Positions 47,942-53,236 of a stretch of DNA of 53,236 nt are shown piece by piece. The first letter of the stretch is position 1. Each line of letters opens with the position of its first letter. The DNA comes from Parasitella parasitica NRRL 2501. Its lineage: Eukaryota > Fungi > Mucoromycota. Below the pieces are notes generated by a model that was not told where the DNA came from, did not search any database, and was given only the letters and a program-made list of their open reading frames with translations. The stretch covers positions 93,580-146,815 of the forward strand of contig MU619315.1 of the NCBI GenBank assembly GCA_025201805.1, written 5' to 3'. The position numbers and the translations under genes are program-made.

Positions 47942-48901
47942 NNNNNNNNNNNNNNNNNNNNNNNNNNNNNNNNNNNNNNNNNNNNNNNNNNNNNNNNNNN
48001 NNNNNNNNNNNNNNNNNNNNNNNNNNNNNNNNNNNNNNNNNNNNNNNNNNNNNNNNNNNNNNNNNNNNNNNNNNNNNNNNNNNNNNNNNNNNNNNNNNNN
48101 NNNNNNNNNNNNNNNNNNNNNNNNNNNNNNNNNNNNNNNNNNNNNNNNNNNNNNNNNNNNNNNNNNNNNNNNNNNNNNNNNNNNNNNNNNNNNNNNNNNN
48201 NNNNNNNNNNNNNNNNNNNNNNNNNNNNNNNNNNNNNNNNNNNNNNNNNNNNNNNNNNNNNNNNNNNNNNNNNNNNNNNNNNNNNNNNNNNNNNNNNNNN
48301 NNNNNNNNNNNNNNNNNNNNNNNNNNNNNNNNNNNNNNNNNNNNNNNNNNNNNNNNNNNNNNNNNNNNNNNNNNNNNNNNNNNNNNNNNNNNNNNNNNNN
48401 NNNNNNNNNNNNNNNNNNNNNNNNNNNNNNNNNNNNNNNNNNNNNNNNNNNNNNNNNNNNNNNNNNNNNNNNNNNNNNNNNNNNNNNNNNNNNNNNNNNN
48501 NNNNNNNNNNNNNNNNNNNNNNNNNNNNNNNNNNNNNNNNNNNNNNNNNNNNNNNNNNNNNNNNNNNNNNNNNNNNNNNNNNNNNNNNNNNNNNNNNNNN
48601 NNNNNNNNNNNNNNNNNNNNNNNNNNNNNNNNNNNNNNNNNNNNNNNNNNNNNNNNNNNNNNNNNNNNNNNNNNNNNNNNNNNNNNNNNNNNNNNNNNNN
48701 NNNNNNNNNNNNNNNNNNNNNNNNNNNNNNNNNNNNNNNNNNNNNNNNNNNNNNNNNNNNNNNNNNNNNNNNNNNNNNNNNNNNNNNNNNNNNNNNNNNN
48801 NNNNNNNNNNNNNNNNNNNNNNNNNNNNNNNNNNNNNNNNNNNNNNNNNNNNNNNNNNNNNNNNNNNNNNNNNNNNNNNNNNNNNNNNNNNNNNNNNNNN
48901 N
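47942..48901. other. Assembly gap (960 N)
   Basis: Run of n characters. Confidence 0.99.
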
Positions 48902-49015
48902 CAATTCAAATCCTATAAATACTAAGATGTTTTTCTCTAGATAAAACCTCAGTATACTTTTATAATAAAGAACCCCAAACTTGATTATAATTGTAATTTC
49001 ATATCGCTTTTATTT

Positions 49016-52000
49016 TTACTTTTTTTTTTTATTTCGTAAATCTTTCAAATTTACTGCAGATGCCACTATCGTAAATATCTCCGGCTTGTACGTAGAGTCC
49101 ATCTTGCTATGCTTGTTATGCCTTACTCTTACCACGTGCGTTCCTGGTGAATAGCTCTTCCTAGGTATTCTGGGTTTGACATCGTACTCCAAAGTATTGT
49201 TCAATACGTTTTAGTCTTCAATTTGCGTGTTGCGATCACTCAATTCCACTAGACGTTCAAAGCCTAACTTACGACCCATCATTTGCAAAGGGTCTTGTCG
49301 TACCGATGGTGGGGACAGACCAACAAAAATTCATAAGGTGAAATTCCTAAAGTTGAGTGCACCTTGGTCCTCAACGCATAAATTACCGCATCTAGATTCT
49401 CATCCCAATTCGTTGGGTTGTCCATGCAGATTTTCTTCAATGCCGCCATAATTGTACCATTTAATTGCTCTGTTCTTCCATTAGTTGAGGGTCTATAAGG
49501 CGAAGTATACTGGTGGTTAACTTGAACAACAAGAGCTACCAGTCCATCCACTATAGCGTTATCAAAGGCGGAGCCATTATCCGTCAATATATGTGTACAT
49601 GAATTTAGAGACCACCTTTGCTTCGGTTGTTGGGGCTGCAATTGCCAACGGCCACTTTGACATCGCTTCGACTGCTACCAAAATATGCACGTTACCTCGT
49701 TCCGTCTTGGGTAGAGGACCGACAAAGTCCAAGGAAAACCGTTCAAAAAGGTAGTTGACCGGTACGTTTACGGTTGGTGTGTTTCTTGGTAGCCTTGAGA
49801 ATAATTGACATTGTCGACATGATTCGATGTATTCTCTCCTATCAGAGTATGACCTAGGCCACCAATACTCATAATACAGCCTTGCCCAAGTAGCGTGTAC
49901 CCCGAAATGTCCATGACCATCATGAACCTGCTTCAATACGTTTACCCTTTCTGCGATCCTTGGAACCAACACGAACCGAACACCAACCTTGCGATAAAGA
50001 TTCTTGTCATCAACACGATACCTTAAGGCGGCTCTTTTAGTTTCAGCAGACACCTTATCACTACCAGGGAAATTAAATTAATGTACGGTATCCTGTAACC
50101 ACTCCTCATAGCCGTTATAGCCGGCCTCGTCGATCAATAGGTGTTCAAATAAGGCATCTATACAGTCTTCTCCATCTTCGTCCTCTGATTGAACTTCGGG
50201 CGGAAATCGAGACAAGGCGTCTGCAACTACATTCTTGCTCCCCGATACATGTTTAATTTTGAAAACAAATTCTTGTGTGCACATAACCCATCTTTGAAGT
50301 CTCTGCGATGGTTCAGACTTATTGAATAGGTAGCATACCGCCGTGTTGTCGCAATACAATGAGAACTCCTTATCTAGCAAGCATTTTCGTAGCTTCCTCA
50401 TGGCGTAAACGACTGCGAGCAATTCCTTTTCCACGGTAGGGTACCTCGTTTCCGCGGGTTGCAATTTCCTTGACAGAAAAACGACTGGTTGTTCAGTCCC
50501 ATCCTCCTTGATCACAGCTAAAGTTGCACCTATACAAATCTCTGAAGCGTCTGTGTAAAGACTAAATTAGTCTTTGGCAGACGGGATGTACAGAATGACA
50601 GCTTGGGCAATTGCAACCTTGAGCTTTCGGAATGAGTTATCACATGCCTCGTTCCAATCAAACCTTTTATTCTTCTGTGATAATTCGTTCATAGGGGTTG
50701 CGATATCAGCAAAAAAGTGGGGGATATGTCGGCGATAGAATCCGCAAAGGTTCACGAAGGCTCGAATCCCGGTTTGATTACATGGCTTTGGGAAATCCTG
50801 AACCTTTTGTACCTTGCTTGATGCTGGTGATACCTCCTGAGCCGATACCATAAAGCCTAGCACCTCAATTTCGTTTTTCAAGAATTCACATTTATCCGAG
50901 TTCAGTTTAAGATTCACTTCTTCCCTCATTCGTTCCAAAAATAGGCGAGTACATTGGATCATTATTTCTTTCGATTTAGCGTACAGTGTGCAGTCATCAT
51001 AAAAGTTCACAACGAACTTATCCAAAAACGGTTGTATCGCGAGATAGACACATCTAACGAAAGCGGCTGGCCCATTCAGAACCCCAAAAGGCAGGCGCCT
51101 GTATGAGTAAGCTCCCCAGGGCGATGCTATCGTTAACTTCGGTATATACGATTCTTCGACAGCGATTTGTTAAAATGCTTTCAGTAAATCGCAGCAAACA
51201 TACCATTCTGCACCAGCAAGGCTTTCAAGAACATCCGTAACATTGGGCATAGGCCACGTATCTCTGACAGTAATGGCGTTCAGATCTCTAAAATTGGTGA
51301 CAAGTCTCTTCTGTCCTCCCTTTTTAGGTACATATCTGCATGGAAATGACCATCCACAGGCCTTCGAATTTCTTGGCACATGTGTACTCCGAATTAAGAT
51401 ACCACCATTGTCTACCATTTCTTGTAGATCCTTCTTGAGAGTTTCCTTTTTTGAGAAGGATAAGAATCCGTATGCTTTTTTGTATATGGGTTTGTGATTT
51501 CCTGTATCGACATGAAATTTAAGTAGGTTTTGGTGGTTTGTTGGATCAAAAAGATAATAAAAAAACCAAAGGTTAACGAGATACGAAAACTAAAGATACT
51601 TTATTTAAGATCGAAATTGCATCTGCTATTTATACTTTTTACAACTACATAAATTTATGGTGACTTATTTAGATTACTAATTGACAAGACTAATTCACAG
51701 TGACAATCTACTTGACAGGGTACGATATGAGGTTATACAGCAAGGGCTACACGTCTTGATCTGACAGAGCCTTAACCTTTATCCTGGTGCTCAGATCTGT
51801 GTTACTTACAGGAATAACCTTCTTGATTTGAAACAGAGACTTTATTCTCCAATTTACACAAGCGTATCACATCACATCATTGGACAATCTTCAATCTTCA
51901 ATTGAAGTACATTGCCATGATCTCCTATCTATAATTATGGCAGATCATGGTTGACATATGCTTATAGTCAATTCCAAAACATTCCTTGATTGAATTCTTC

Positions 52001-52760
52001 AATCAGGTCGACAACTCGCTTCTTATCCTCATCGATGATATTGTCTTGGGCTAATATGTTTTCGATCAGACGTCCTAGTCGCTTCTCGGGGTCTTCTACA
52101 GGACTAAAATAGGACTTGGAGGGTTCCTTTTCATTATCAGAAGCTTCGACAATAAGGTAACCTTCTTCACTATCTTCCTGGTCAATGTGATCTTCCTCGT
52201 CAGAGTATTCGGAAATGTCTGCATCTTGAGGCCGGTCTTCTTCAGTTTCGTTTCCTTCACGGTTATGATTTTTGACATAGTGAACATCCAAGGGAATGAC
52301 AGCTTCCTTAGTTTTTATGTGCCAATAATGCGAGGACCAGTCAGTACCAATATTCAGTGTATGTAGGCCTTCTCGTCCAATGATGAAATCATATTTATCT
52401 CCCACATCAATAAAGCAGAATGCACTAATGGAAACCAGATTGGATTCACCGACACGTAATTGAAGGTTTCTAGCTATTCCAATAACTTCCTGCGATTTGC
52501 CATCACCAAACATAACAGAAGCGTTGGTTCTTTCCACTTCTGTGATTCCTAGTTTCCTAAGGAAGTTCAAACTAATAATGTACGAGGTGCAACCACCATC
52601 CAATATCAATTCATATGGGGTTCCATTGATGGTACCAAACGCCCTTGGTGCGCTTTTTCCTTTGGGTAGGGCCAGATTAGTTTCCCCCCAATAAATATCT
52701 GATTGAATTCCTTGGGTAATTTCTTTTCTCTAGGTCTCCGGTTAGATTGATATTTCGGAA
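49016..52760 (-). mobile_element. Decayed Ty3/gypsy retrotransposon pol (protease-RT-RNase H-integrase), frameshifted and interrupted by a solo LTR
   Basis: Protease ILDGGCTSYII..FIIGRE; RT RLVTNFRDLN, DLLKAF, LPFGVLNGP, FYDD; RNase H TDAS, EKELLAVV, DN, VADALSR; integrase HHCC, DFVGPLP, TDNG, NGRTE. PR-RT-RH-IN order is the Ty3/gypsy order. Confidence 0.95.
51539..51947 (-). mobile_element. Solo LTR (409 bp, copy 3) with 5-bp target-site duplication TGGTT
   Basis: TG...CA termini; TGGTT at 51534-51538 and 51948-51952. TATAAA and AATAAA on the minus strand. The pol text resumes on both sides. Confidence 0.92.
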
Positions 52761-53236
52761 ACAACTCAGTTACTACTGTATTAGTAACAACATGCAATAT
52801 GCAGATTATATTTTATATAAATACAACATCCAAGATCTTTCAACTTGGTGGATTTTGGCTTATTACATTTTTTTTAACTTTCAATAAATATCGAAGAGTT
52901 ATAATTATATATCCTTTCCGCTTTTTTTATTCTATTTCTTTATCACAAAGACTTTATATATTTTCAACAACTTGTATTTCTAAAATTAACTACTATACAA
53001 GGCACTACGAAATCTCATATTCACAAATTCAAACATTTAAACGAACAACACAACAAGGAAAATAAACCGAGAAAGCGGAGTTTAAATATTGAAAGTCCGA
53101 AATTTCAAAAAATTTGCCACTGGCAATTTAGGCGACCGATCATGAGCATATATGAGATATTTATGATAAAAATTGAAAAATAAAACTGGGTTTGCAGATA
53201 ACTTTTGATAGAGACATCGCCCAGAGGAAAGCAAGG

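Noticed and set aside
47867-48925. Long poly-X ORFs
   Set aside because: Artefacts of the 960-N gap.
1-53236. CRISPR array, rRNA, riboswitch or prokaryotic operon
   Set aside because: No regularly spaced repeats or conserved RNA motifs found. The genes carry spliceosomal introns.

Overview
Eukaryotic, AT-rich DNA with short GT-AG introns. Gene content and transposon types point to an early-diverging fungus, most likely Mucorales (inference). I reconstructed about 16 intron-aware protein genes by eye: an atypical P5-type ATPase, an F-box protein, kinesin-3, Mediator Med8, a Ste20/PAK kinase, a universal stress protein, a small orphan ORF, a LaeA-like methyltransferase, mitochondrial bL34, a bacterial-type DusA, a His-rich methyltransferase, PMT2, a nucleoplasmin-like protein, RPL37, a group III G-alpha and a mitochondrial rhodanese. 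There is also a frameshifted VC0807-family membrane gene. Gene islands alternate with transposon debris: Tc1/IS630 and LINE remnants, a restriction-endonuclease-like pseudogene, an isolated chromovirus chromodomain, three copies of one LTR, and a decayed Ty3/gypsy pol carrying a solo LTR with a 5-bp target-site duplication. There are three assembly gaps. The best candidate for undescribed biology is the P5 ATPase. It has an exon missed by the ORF track that encodes a signal peptide, a 13-Cys luminal domain, extra N-terminal helices and a non-canonical TM4 motif (SPLLP). Other candidates are a mitochondrially targeted DusA, an NPL-domain protein without an FKBP domain, and a chromodomain/nuclease juxtaposition. 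No rRNA, tRNA or CRISPR array is supported. Family assignments come from motif recognition, not database searches.
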